64,000 bases of DNA from an uncultured delta proteobacterium (GTDB taxonomy: Bacteria > Desulfobacterota > Desulfomonilia > Desulfomonilales > Desulfomonilaceae). The notes below the pieces were generated by a model. That model worked only from the letters and a program-made list of their open reading frames with translations. It was not told where the DNA came from and did no database searches. Of the stretch, positions 21,305-31,470 are shown piece after piece. Where the stretch lies: NCBI GenBank assembly GCA_963789265.1, contig CAWBKB010000001.1, positions 192,001-256,000 of the forward strand. The letters are read 5' to 3'. A program made the position numbers and the translations under genes. The number at the start of each line of letters is the position of its first letter. The stretch's first letter is position 1.

Positions 21305-23905
21305 CAATTCTATCAGTGCTTCTTATAGAGATTGCGTCTTCCTGTTCCTTGCGATCCTGCTGCTGAGGAATTCCAATTTTGAGCCTTTGAATTTGTGTTA
21401 TAATTTTTCGTCGAGTTGTTTTGGGGCTGATAGCTATTACCCTTCGAAAATTCGTAGCTTCTTACTGTTCCTTTCGATCCTGCTGAGGAATTCCAATTTG
21501 GAGACTTTGATTTTGCCTTATAATTTTTCGTCGAGTTGTTTTTGGGCTGATAGTTATTACCCTTCGAAAATTCGTAGCTTCTTACTGTTCCTTTCGATCC
21601 TGCTGAGGAAGTCTTAATTGGAGACTTTGATTTTGCCTTGGCGCCCTTGATGCCTCCTTTTGACTTGCCCTGAATCTGGTTCAGCACATCGGCGTTAACG
21701 CTCCGCCCGGTGGCTGTGAGGCCCTGTGGCGTCGTGTTTGCATTAAGCGTCTTTGCGGCCGCGCCTTTAACAGTACCGGAAACGCTTTTTACAGTGCCGT
21801 TCGAGTTAAACGTTGTGGTTGTTGAATTGCCTTTGGCATTAAAAGTAGATGTTGCCGTCTTCTTGCCGTTCGAGTTAAACGTTGTGGTTGTTCCATTGCC
21901 TTTGCCATCATCAGTTGTAGTGCTTGTTTTCTTGCCGTTCTTGTCAAACTTTGTGGTTATTTCATTTCCTTTGCCATCACCAGTGCTAGTGCTTGTTTTC
22001 TTGCCGTTCTTGTCAAACTTTGTGAAGGTTCCTGCCCCGTTCTTGTCCTTGGTCAGTACTTGCGACCCAGTTTGGGTTTTTGTCACAGTAGTCGTCGACC
22101 CGTCAGATTTCTTTGTCCGAGTAGTCGTCGACCCGTCAGATTTCTTTGTCACAGTAGTAGTCGTCCCGTTAGGGTGTTTAATCACAGTAGTCGTCGACCC
22201 GTCGGAGTTTTTTGTCACAGTTGCGTTCTTCCCCACCGAGTTTTGCGGGCTCGCGGCCGTGAGGCCCTGTGGCGTCGTGTTTGCATTAAGCGTATTTGCG
22301 GCGGTGCCTTTAACAGTACCGGAAACGCTTTTTACAGTGCCGTCCGAGTTAAACGTTGTGGTTGTTGAATTGCCTTTGTTATCACCAGTGCTAGTGCTTG
22401 TTTTCTGGCCGTTCGAGTCAAATTCTGTTACGGTCTCTGTCCCTTTATTCTTATCAAACGTACCTGTCATTCTCTTGTTGCCGTTCGAGTCAAAGGCTGT
22501 GAAGGTTCCATTCCCTGTCTTGTCCGTGTTCATTACGGCCGACCCGCCAGGGAAGTTTGTCACAGTAGTCGTCGACCCGTCAGGTTTTTTTGTCTCAGTA
22601 GACGTCGACCCGCCAGGGAAGTTTGTCACAGTAGACGTCGACCCGTCAGGGTTTTTTGTCGCGGTAGACGTTGACCCGTCAGGGTTTGCTGTCACAGTAG
22701 TGGCTGGACTTGGGGCCGGGCCCGCGTTCGCGGGCAACTGCTGGGGATTCTGGACCGCGGCTACTTGGCCCGAATCCGATTGCTGACCGCCCAGGACTTG
22801 ACCTAGTATCGGCCCGATTATGGGATTATTAAGGAGCCCACCAACAGGGCCGCCCTGTTGACCGGCAGGGAATTCGTCACTGCCTTGGCTAAGGTCAGGC
22901 ATTGGCTCGCTTGGTTCACTGTCCGGGGAACCGGAATCGGAAATCTCCGCGGGCATTGGCCGGCTATTGCTTGTGCCCGGTGACGCGACACGAGGCCTTT
23001 CCGGAGCCGAACCTTTCTGGGCCGCCTTCAGTAAATCAGCGACTTCCGACTTGCCTGCGGCTTCAGCCATACTCAGCGCGGTGAGGCCCTGCTGGTCCTT
23101 GGTGGAAACATCCGCGCCCTTCGCAAGCAGGAGCTTTACTATATCCACATATCCTCCGGCCGCCGCGGCCATCAGAGGAGTGATGCCGGTGTTTGTCCTG
23201 GCGTTGACCTTCGCTCCTCCGTCGAGGAGTAATGCGACTACCTCCTTTTGCCCTTTGGCAGAGGCAAATATTAGGGGGGTTGCTCCAGCGTCGTTCTTGA
23301 CTTCGATGTTCGCGCCCTTGTCGAGAAACGACTTTACTATCTCTGTCTGTCCTGCCGACGCGGCTTCCAACAGTACCCGACTGCAGGTCATGGCTTTGAG
23401 CCGCCAACAAGTATGTCGGTATAGTGAGAAGCGCTACAGCGATGAATGTGACGATCTTGTTCATTTCTATTCTCCTAATCAATTCTATCAGTGCTTCTTA
23501 TAGAGATTGCGTCTTCCTGTTCCTTGCGATCCTGCTGCTGAGGAATTCCAATTTTGAGCCTTTGAATTTGTGTTATAATTTTTCGTCGAATTGTTTTGGG
23601 GCTGATAGCTATTACCCTTCGAAAATTCGTAGCTTCTTCCTGTTCCTTTCGATCCTGCTGAGGATTTCCAATTTGGAGACTTTGATTTGGCCTTATAATT
23701 TTTCGTCGAGTTGTTTTGGGGCTGATAGTTATTACCCTTCGAAAATTCGTAGCTTCTTCCTGTTCCTTTCGATCCTGCTGAGGAACTCTTAATTCGAGAC
23801 TTTGATTTTGCCTTGGCGCCCTTGAGGCCTCCTTTTGACTTGCCCTGAATCTGGTTCAGCACATCGGCGTTTACGCTCCGCCCGGTGGCTGTGAGGCCCT
23901 GTGGC
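21305..23905. repeat. ~425-bp direct duplication (21305..21730 vs 23479..23905), each with 120-bp tandem units
   Basis: Near-identical nucleotide sequence; TGCTGAGGAA recurs at 21361, 21481 and 21601. Confidence 0.9.
21313..23464 (-). CDS. secreted ankyrin + Thr/Gly-rich repeat protein with basic 40-aa C-terminal repeats, frameshifted near 23377
   Basis: Signal peptide in ORF 23063..23482 joins the ankyrin repeats of ORF 21313..23391; (K)xDGSTTTVT and FDxNGKKTST repeats. Confidence 0.85.
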
Positions 23906-24762
23906 TTCGCCGTGAGGTTCTGCTGGTTCTGATTGCTCGTGGGGTACACGCAGTTGCTTGGCACGTTACAAAATTGCTTGGAAATGACCGTTCCCTTTGA
24001 ATCTGTCGTAACTGACGCAAAAGATCCATCGGCAACCTTTTGTGTCACCTGTGTAGTGCCATCAGTTCTTTTTATTGTTCTGCCATTGACGTTTCCATTT
24101 GCATCGAAGCTCCATGCGGTAGTAGTCCCGTTTTGGTCGCGGTCGTAGTCGAATATATTCTTCCCAGTCGGGCCGATAATCCTCTCGCTGTTTGGCGTAG
24201 TGATTGTTTTATTTCCAGTTTGGACATTGGTTGTTGTAGTTGTATTGAATCGGGAGTCGAACTGTGAAGTTGCGACTACTTTACCGCCATCATACACCTT
24301 TGTCATCTGGTTCCCGGACGGATCTGTTGTGGAAGTGGAAACTTTCGTGGTGCGAGCAGGATCAATATTTACGCCATCCTTTCTAATATCGTCGTCATTC
24401 CCTTTGCTCTGCTCGGATGTCTTACTTCCATCTTTGAACGTATGTTCTACGGAAGACGAATAGACGTTTGAGGTGTAATGGTACGTTGCCTGAGTGGTTT
24501 CTCCGGTCTTAGGATCGGATTTCGTTGCCGTAAAGGTTACTTGGCCATCAGCAGTTTCATCGGACTTCACCTGCCATCCGTATGATTTTAATTGGTTAAT
24601 CTTCGCGTGAGCATACTGATCCCCAACCAACTTGGGCTGCTCATCGTTATAATCATCTGCGCGGGCTTGATTCGGAAGCCACGTTGAACACAAGGATATT
24701 GCTCCGAGAACAAGTATTGCCCTCGAAATTGCTGACCGGAAAGACGTTTTTTGTTTGTTCAT
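23488..24762 (-). CDS. secreted Thr-rich beta-type protein sharing the C-terminal ~135 aa with the adjacent gene
   Basis: GGAGGGG RBS; signal peptide ending QARA; near-identical tail PQGLTATGRSVNAD...RRNLYKKH. Confidence 0.8.
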   Translation of the reverse strand: MNKQKTSFRSAISRAILVLGAISLCSTWLPNQARADDYNDEQPKLVGDQYAHAKINQLKSYGWQVKSDETADGQVTFTATKSDPKTGETTQATYHYTSNVYSSSVEHTFKDGSKTSEQSKGNDDDIRKDGVNIDPARTTKVSTSTTDPSGNQMTKVYDGGKVVATSQFDSRFNTTTTTNVQTGNKTITTPNSERIIGPTGKNIFDYDRDQNGTTTAWSFDANGNVNGRTIKRTDGTTQVTQKVADGSFASVTTDSKGTVISKQFCNVPSNCVYPTSNQNQQNLTAKPQGLTATGRSVNADVLNQIQGKSKGGLKGAKAKSKSRIKSSSAGSKGTGRSYEFSKGNNYQPQNNSTKNYKAKSKSPNWKSSAGSKGTGRSYEFSKGNSYQPQNNSTKNYNTNSKAQNWNSSAAGSQGTGRRNLYKKH

Positions 24763-24913
24763 GGCGCCCCTCCTGGTGTCTTCATTCAGACATGAGCGAA
24801 CCTTTCAAGTATGAAATTTGGCTTAACCGGGTGTTCCTGTCCCGAGCAGTCCGTTTATTGAATTAGATGTATCTTTCCGCTTTCGGATTCAGAATAAATT
24901 ATTTTCTCGGGTG

Positions 24914-25354
24914 TAATACCAGTGCGCCATCAAACAAGTGACAATCCCCGAGAGGATGTAGTGGGGCAGGCATCCTGCCTGCCATTCGTCACCCCGGACT
25001 TCGATCCGGGCTATGTAGGGGCGGACCCGCGTGTCCGCCCGGGGCAGACACATAGGTCTGCCCCTACAATTGATGCCCGCGTACGCGGGCATGACGACAT
25101 GTAAGGGCGGGTTTGAAACCCAATGCTGTTGACTTAGGGGACCTCCGTCTACCCCACCGTCACCCCGGCGAAGGCCGGGGTCCAGGGGAGATTAGGAAAA
25201 CCTGGATTCCGGCCTCCGCCGGAATGACGGGGTGAAGGCCCGTCGAAGGAAAAGCTCCTGGACAAGAGGCATGCGGCTTAAGTCAACAGCATTGGGTTTG
25301 AAACCCGCCCCTACCGGAAGCACGGTGTCACTTGTTTGAAAGCGAATCGGTTTA
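24914..25354. mobile_element. TA-terminated MITE (~30-bp imperfect TIR) with GTAG-type REPs, hosting a nested MITE
   Basis: TAATACCAGTGCGCCATCAAACAAGTGACA...GTGTCACTTGTTTGAAAGCGAATCGGTTTA; relatives at 42279, 46858 and 59443. Confidence 0.75.
25121..25294. mobile_element. 174-bp IS4-like MITE (copy B, inverted)
   Basis: TIR CAATGCTGTTGACTTA; 11-bp TSD GGTTTGAAACC within a GGGCGGGTTTGAAACCCGCCC palindrome. Confidence 0.9.
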
Positions 25355-25439
25355 TGGACATCAATCAGCCCGATCTCGGTAGGCAGTCAAGGATTGCAGT
25401 TTTCGCGGACCTAATCGAGCATCTTCATAACTTCGCAGA

Positions 25440-25638
25440 GTAATCATTCAGTTTTGTGGGGGATCTTTTGCACCTTGTCATTGCGAGGAGTGCATGGTGG
25501 GACAGGCTTCCAGCCTGTCTATTGGGGATGACGGGCAAGATGCCCGTCCCACCGGCAATCTAAGCGGCGTTTAAAAGAAAAGATTGCTTCGCTCCGCTCG
25601 CAATGACAATCCTTTGCCGCACATAAGTGAATAGTTAC
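25440..25638. mobile_element. IS66-like MITE
   Basis: GTAATCATTCA...TGAATAGTTAC; perfect 8-bp TSD TTCGCAGA. Confidence 0.85.
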
Positions 25639-25726
25639 TTCGCAGAAACGGTCTTCGTGAATGCTGCACATCATTGTGGTATACTCACGGATGAAGGACC
25701 CGCGGTCAATTACTTGGAGAAAAGAT

Positions 25727-25798
25727 TGCAGGCAACCGGAATGGTGAACGATCACACGATTGGTTGCTTTCGAAGGCAGGACATTCTTGTGGGCTACT
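25727..25798 (+). repeat. diverged copy of the tag 3' end (13059..13130)
   Basis: 72 bp with 7 mismatches by manual alignment; encodes QATGMVNDHTIGCFRRQDILVGY. Confidence 0.9.
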
Positions 25799-25852
25799 CA
25801 GGCAAGATCTCCGAATAGCCCTGTGCTATACGGGTGGCATTTTGCAATTCGT

Positions 25853-26239
25853 CTACCTTTTTGTGCAATATGCGCCAACAAGTCTGCAAGGCCCCCCTTT
25901 TCGCTCACAGCGGCGCATCGCTTTAATTTCCGCCTGCCGGTGGTTCCGCTGCGACCAACTCCAGGCAAGTAACGATCTGTTTCTTCTTGATTGCGCCAGC
26001 CCCGCGCAGCTATGATGCGTAATGGTATAAACAATACAATCGTCTTCACCACAAAGCCTGCGAGCCGTATCCGCGGCCTCGGTCTTCGAATACCCGGTGC
26101 CCCAGACCACCCTGTCTGTAGACTTGGAATACGCAATGGCTCCGTATGGACCCTGGTCGCCTATCTGGCTCGCTAAAGCAGCCGAGACTGCCACCACAGC
26201 GACAAATAACTCCAGCAATGCAAGCAGCTTTGCGTTCAT
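25853..26239 (-). CDS. exported DUF4189-domain protein
   Basis: Signal peptide; YGAIAYS, A.R.C...DC, SCAGLA, AMRRC...C....AYC. Confidence 0.85.
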   Translation of the reverse strand: MNAKLLALLELFVAVVAVSAALASQIGDQGPYGAIAYSKSTDRVVWGTGYSKTEAADTARRLCGEDDCIVYTITHHSCAGLAQSRRNRSLLAWSWSQRNHRQAEIKAMRRCERKGGPCRLVGAYCTKR

Positions 26240-26859
26240 ATCTACAGACCTCCATCCCTATTGGCAATCATGAGCCCACCTGCCGACACTCTGTTTTTTT
26301 GATGCGGATTTTCTAAAAAAGATTCATTTTGAACTTTTGGCCGATTGAACCGGTCTCTCGTTGCCTGTCACAGTCAGCCCTCACGAGCGCAAATCCGATA
26401 TCTGCACGTAGCTCCGAACAACCGGTTCCGACCCGGTAGCTGAGGAATTGGTTCACGGGGTGAGATCGGAAATCACCGGTCATCGTCATCGTAGGATGGA
26501 ACGTGCACAACCCTTCGGTTGTCAAACAATAGCTACAGGACTGAAAGAACGGAGAGTGTACGGTGGAAAAGAGGACCGAAGTGCGTGAATGTCGGACACC
26601 CTTGTGGTATACTCATAAGTGAAGAACCCGCACTCAGGGGCTTGGAGAATAGATTTCCGCCAACTCCACCCCTGCGCCTGCCGTAGCAAGCCCCGCCTCT
26701 GAGTTCTACCTTGGCTGGTCGATGGAATTGGGGTATGAGTCCAGTCGCATTCGCGGGGATGCAGTGAGAAAAAACCGAGTGCCTGGGGACGCGGCCGGGC
26801 GAGTTGCGGAATCGCCGACGCTAGGTAGGAGAGATTCTAATACAGGAGACTGACAGGAG

Positions 26860-28371
26860 TTGATCGCTAGGTTATTTCGTATGCAACCGGCAGATCGGAT
26901 TGACGAGAGCGAAGTCTCACGTGGACTACGAGCACTGCTCTACGAAGGCGTTCTCTCGCAGTCCATGGACAGCTTCACTGGGGGAGCACTTTTGGTTGCA
27001 TTTGCTCTCCTGCTCGGCGCCTCAAACACCGCGATCGGACTGCTGGCAGCCGTTTCGCCGTTAACGCAATTACTTCAAATCCCTGCGATCTATCTTGTCG
27101 ATCGGACTTTGTCGCGCAAGACGATTGTGGTGATAAGTTCGTTCTTCAGCCGGATTTTCTGGTTGGTTGTAGCAGTAATCCCCTGGCTTGTGGCGCCCGC
27201 GCAAAGGCTGCCGATCCTGCTTGTGTGCCTCTCCTTTTATTTCGGGCTGGCGTCCGTTGCCGCGTGTGCATTCAATCCGTGGCTGCGTGACTTCGTGCCT
27301 GAAAAGATTATGGGACGCTATTTCGGCAAGCGCATGGCACTCGCTACGGCCGCAGGCGTGGTGGTGGCGGTGCTGGCCGGAGCGGGCCTCGAGATTGCAA
27401 AGTGGTATACGGCCAGCGAATTTCTTCCCTATAGTATACTGTTCGTCTTCGGTGGGATGTCAGGTCTCGCCGGAGTGCTTGTCCAGCGGCGCATTCCCGA
27501 GCCGAGAAAGACCGAGCACGCTCCTCAAAGCATGTTTCAGACATTGGGCCAACCCTTCCGTCATCCAAATTACCGTCGGCTCCTTGTGTTCCTCTGCACC
27601 TGGTTCTTTGCCATCAACTTGGCCGGTCCATTTTACGCTGTGTACATGATTAAACAACTTCAATTGTCCATGGCGTTAGTCGTCGGACTTGGAGCACTGA
27701 GCCAGATCACGAGCGTAATGTCGTTCCACATCTGGGGGGGGGCTGCGGACCGTTTCAGCAACAAGTCTGTTCTGTATGTGTCCGGGTATATGTACATCGG
27801 CAGCGTCCTGCTTTGGCCGTTTCTTGCCCTGTCCGACCGCTGCTTTTTCACGATCCCGTTGCTCGTGGCAGCGCAGGTGTTTATGGGTATCTCTATAGCC
27901 GGCATAAATCTCTGTACAGCGAACATCGCACTCAAGGCAGCACCGCACGGCAGAGCCACCTCGTTCTTGGCGGTGAACACGCTCGTGCATGGTCTCGCAG
28001 CGGCCGCGGCACCGATTCTCGGGGGAGTTATAGCCGACAGGCTGACTGGGCACGAGTTGCCTCTCACGTCTCACGCGTCGTCAGCTCACGCAGCCTCCAT
28101 TCCTGTTTTCTCCGGCTTTGGCCTGCATGGGCTCCACTTCATCTTTTTACTCACCGCGATCCTAGGTTTGTACGCAATGCACCTCTTACGTGTGGTCCGC
28201 GAAGACGGTGAGGCCAAAGAATGGGTTGTCGTTAGACATCTCGCTACCGAGGCCGGAAATGCTTTCCGGCATGTATTCAGATTAGCCGCACTCCAGTATC
28301 TGTATATTTTTCATCTTCATCGTTGTCGAGAAACTGGTGTCGAACCCCAGGAAGGGTTTGAAGGGGAATAA
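26860..28371 (+). CDS. MFS transporter
   Basis: About 12 TM segments; WGGAADRFSNK motif; GGAG before TTG. Confidence 0.9.
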   Translation: MIARLFRMQPADRIDESEVSRGLRALLYEGVLSQSMDSFTGGALLVAFALLLGASNTAIGLLAAVSPLTQLLQIPAIYLVDRTLSRKTIVVISSFFSRIFWLVVAVIPWLVAPAQRLPILLVCLSFYFGLASVAACAFNPWLRDFVPEKIMGRYFGKRMALATAAGVVVAVLAGAGLEIAKWYTASEFLPYSILFVFGGMSGLAGVLVQRRIPEPRKTEHAPQSMFQTLGQPFRHPNYRRLLVFLCTWFFAINLAGPFYAVYMIKQLQLSMALVVGLGALSQITSVMSFHIWGGAADRFSNKSVLYVSGYMYIGSVLLWPFLALSDRCFFTIPLLVAAQVFMGISIAGINLCTANIALKAAPHGRATSFLAVNTLVHGLAAAAAPILGGVIADRLTGHELPLTSHASSAHAASIPVFSGFGLHGLHFIFLLTAILGLYAMHLLRVVREDGEAKEWVVVRHLATEAGNAFRHVFRLAALQYLYIFHLHRCRETGVEPQEGFEGE

Positions 28372-28507
28372 TTCCCGCGAGTACGTAGGAATTGGGCACA
28401 GACCCGGCCCGGTGCCACGATCATGCCTCCTAAGCGCTTCCGGGATAGATGAATCGCCTCCCTTCCCCCGGACAACGGGAGGCCGCGGGTGGAGGTCTAC
28501 CGCTCTT

Positions 28508-28680
28508 CTAACTATGGGGATGAAGCCCCATTTTCATCATCTGCAGGAAGCTCGTGTGCCGCGGAGTTCTCATTTCCAGGTGACGCATGACAGCTAGTTT
28601 GGCCAGGTCTCCCATGAAGAGCCAAACAATACAGTAAGCCCAGATGACCCCTACGGCTCTCCAGTGGATAGGGGTATAAG
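28508..28680 (-). pseudogene. C-terminal remnant of a plasma-membrane-type H+ P-type ATPase
   Basis: TPIHWRAVGVIWAYCIVWLFMGDLAKLAV resembles the last TM of P3A ATPases; the upstream part is missing. Confidence 0.6.
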
Positions 28681-28857
28681 GCCGAAGGGATAAACTACGA
28701 AGAGGGTGTTGTAGAGTTCTTCGATGCTTTGTTGCTGCGCCACGTCGCTGGAGATTTGTTCGATAGTCATTGGCACAAGCCTCTTTGCTAATGAAGAAAG
28801 ACTGACGTGTCTGACCGGCGGCGGTTTCACCGTGCATTAAGAAACAGATGCTTGAGT

Positions 28858-29011
28858 TATACCCCTTGCCAAAAGTTTTGTCCGATTAGAGGTAGTCTGA
28901 CACCGTCATTCCGGCGGAGGCCGGAATCCAGTTTTTTCAACATGTTCTGGACCCCGGCCTTCGCCGGGGTGACGGGTGGTGAACAGGTCATTACTTTTGG
29001 CAACGGCTATA
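28858..29011. mobile_element. TATA-terminated MITE with REP pair
   Basis: TATACCCCTTGCCAAAAGT / ACTTTTGGCAACGGCTATA; internal GTCATTCCGGCGGAGGCCGGAATC...CCCCGGCCTTCGCCGGGGTGAC. Confidence 0.7.
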
Positions 29012-29059
29012 ATCTCTGCGCCGTTCCGGGTTCAAGATACCAAAATTATTCTGCAGTTC

Positions 29060-31430
29060 TTAATTTTCCCGGTGATTCTTTACCTTAACCGGTGTTCCCC
29101 GGGTCAAACGGATTTCTTGACCTTGGCACTTGATCTTTAGCAGAGAGCCTTCCCTGAGATTAAAGGTAAAACAATCACGCTCTATGGTGACTTCCACCAC
29201 TTGCCCTTGAACGGTCAAGGGGAAGTGAAGGTGTTTGAGTTTCCGGGGCAGCCTCGGGTTGAACGATAAGCGCCCGCCCCGATCGCGCATGCCGGCCAGA
29301 CCGTAAACGCAAAGCATCCAACTGCCGCCCATGGACGCGATGTGACAACCGTCTTTGACGTTTTCCTCAACATCATCCAGGTCCATGAGAACGGCATAGT
29401 GAGCATAATCCAGCGCCTTATCCAAATACCCGAGTTCAGCCGCAACTATACTCTCGATACAAACCGAAAGGGAAGAATCCCCTGTGGTTAAAGGATCGTA
29501 GTAATCAAATGTGCTTTTCATATATTCCCGGGAAAACTTGTGTCCCAGCAGGAACATTGCCAGGACCACGTCCGCTTGTTTAATTACCTGATGACGATAA
29601 ATTTTCAGTGGGTGAAAGTGGAGGAACAGAGGATATTTTTCGGCAGAGGTATGTTCGAAATCCCAAACCTTCTTGTCCAGGAAGCTGTCATCTTGCGGAT
29701 ATATCTTTAGTTCTTCATCTACCGGGATATACATCTTTTCGGCGGCTCGCCGCCAATCATTAACCTCGGAGGGGAATTCCAAACCGGTTTTCTGCACCAA
29801 GGCGGAAAATCGTTCCGGGTTTTTCCGATGAAGGGTCTCCACCGCAATTGCCGCGTAGGATAGGTTATTTTGCGCCATGAGGTTGGTGTAAAGATTGTCG
29901 TTCACAACAGTTGTGTATTCATCCGGCCCTGTTACCCCGTGGATGCAAAATTTCCCTCCTTTGCGCTCTGAAAAGAACCCCAGGCCGTGCCACATGCGGG
30001 CCGTTTCCACCAGCATCTCCACTCCAGCTTCCACCAGGAATTCTTCGTCCCCTGCCACCTCAACATATTTTTGCAAGGTGTACATTAAGTCCGCATCGAT
30101 GTGATATTGGGCCGTGCCCGCAGCATAATAAGACGAGGCTTCTTCCCCGTCGATCGTCCTCCAGGGAAACAGGGCTCCCCGTTCACCGACTTCTTCGGCT
30201 CGCTTTCGAGCCTTATCCAGCATTCTATACCTGAAATTCAGCAGATTCCGGGCAATTTGGGGGGCTGTGTATATCAGGAAAGGGAGCAAATACATCTCGG
30301 TGTCCCAAAAATAATTACCGTCGTAAGCCTGCCCTGTGAGCCCCTTTGCCGGAATTCCATTCTCCTCCACTCGGACCGAGGCCTGGTGGATTTGGAAGAG
30401 ATTGAACCGCAAGGCTTGCTGCAATTCTCCGGCCCGATGTTTTCGATCAGGGTCACCTTCGATTTGTACGTCGCTCCGGGTCCAGAAATCATCCAGACAC
30501 CGGCGCTGCCCGGCCAGGAGTTTCAAACCCGGAAGCCATGCCCAGGTCCAGGGTCCGCTCGGCCGCACCGCTCAGTTCTTCGAACGACAGGTTGGAGGAG
30601 GTGTGATAGGCCATGAATTTGATGATCTTTGCGGGTATCTCCGGATAAGCATTGAACGACAAAACGACTTTGCCTGCGTCTTCCGAACAATCACTTCTTA
30701 TCGCGCACGAAGAATCCGTTTCAATTTTATGGTCAACTGCGCAGACCACGGCCAAGCAGCTTGTTCCGGTTTCGTGGCCCAACACCATTCGACTCTCCTC
30801 ACAGCGGTGCAGACGGGGGAGCAGCGCTCTACCTTGGCGGTCGCGATGGAGTCGGGGATCGGCTTCCCGCGCCGAATGGCGCGGGTCCAGGCGCATTTCC
30901 GAATAGATGATCACTGGAGCCTCGGCGTTCAACAATGTGACCTCATAGGATATGGCCGCCAGGTGACGCCGTTCATAAGATACAAGCCTTTTCGACCTGA
31001 TAGCGACATGCTTGCCCGAGGCCGTCTCCCAGATGATATCCCGATCTAGAGTCCCGGTCCGAAAATCGAGAATACGCTCAAATTTGATCAGGCGAGCATC
31101 TTTAAGAGAAAAGAGCTCGTCATCCACAAACAGTCTGATGATTTTGCTGTCAGCCACATTGACAATGGCTTGCCCCTCTTTGGCAAACCCGGACAGTTCC
31201 TCTCCATAACAGATAGACCAGGTCTCATAGAACCCATTGATATAGGTACCGTTTTCGAACGCTGAATCACCTTCTTCAAAACTCCCTCGCATTCCCAGAT
31301 AACCGTTGCTTGTGGAGAAGATAGTTTCAGTCTGTGCTAGAAAACGGGGATAAAATTGCCTTTCGACAATCCGCCAAGGGTCAACGGGATAGATGTCCTG
31401 GGGTGGGTTGACGGGTTGGCGTTTTAGCAT
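29060..31430 (-). CDS. GH65 disaccharide phosphorylase (maltose/trehalose/kojibiose type), frameshifted near 30510
   Basis: ETIFSTSNGYLGMRG, AKGLTG..Y.G.YFWDTE, VTGPDEY, IKQADV, GDSSLS. Confidence 0.92.
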
Positions 31431-31470
31431 AGCTTACTCCCTCAGATAATAACTGATGGCGAAATCAGCA

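Noticed and set aside
20902..21366. ORFs containing CHCERSEAIS-like peptides (also near 5100, 25600, 51250, 54440)
   Set aside because: Translations of REP/MITE palindromes, not genes.
21710..22786. 358-aa Val-rich plus-strand ORF
   Set aside because: Antisense shadow of the Thr-rich repeat gene.
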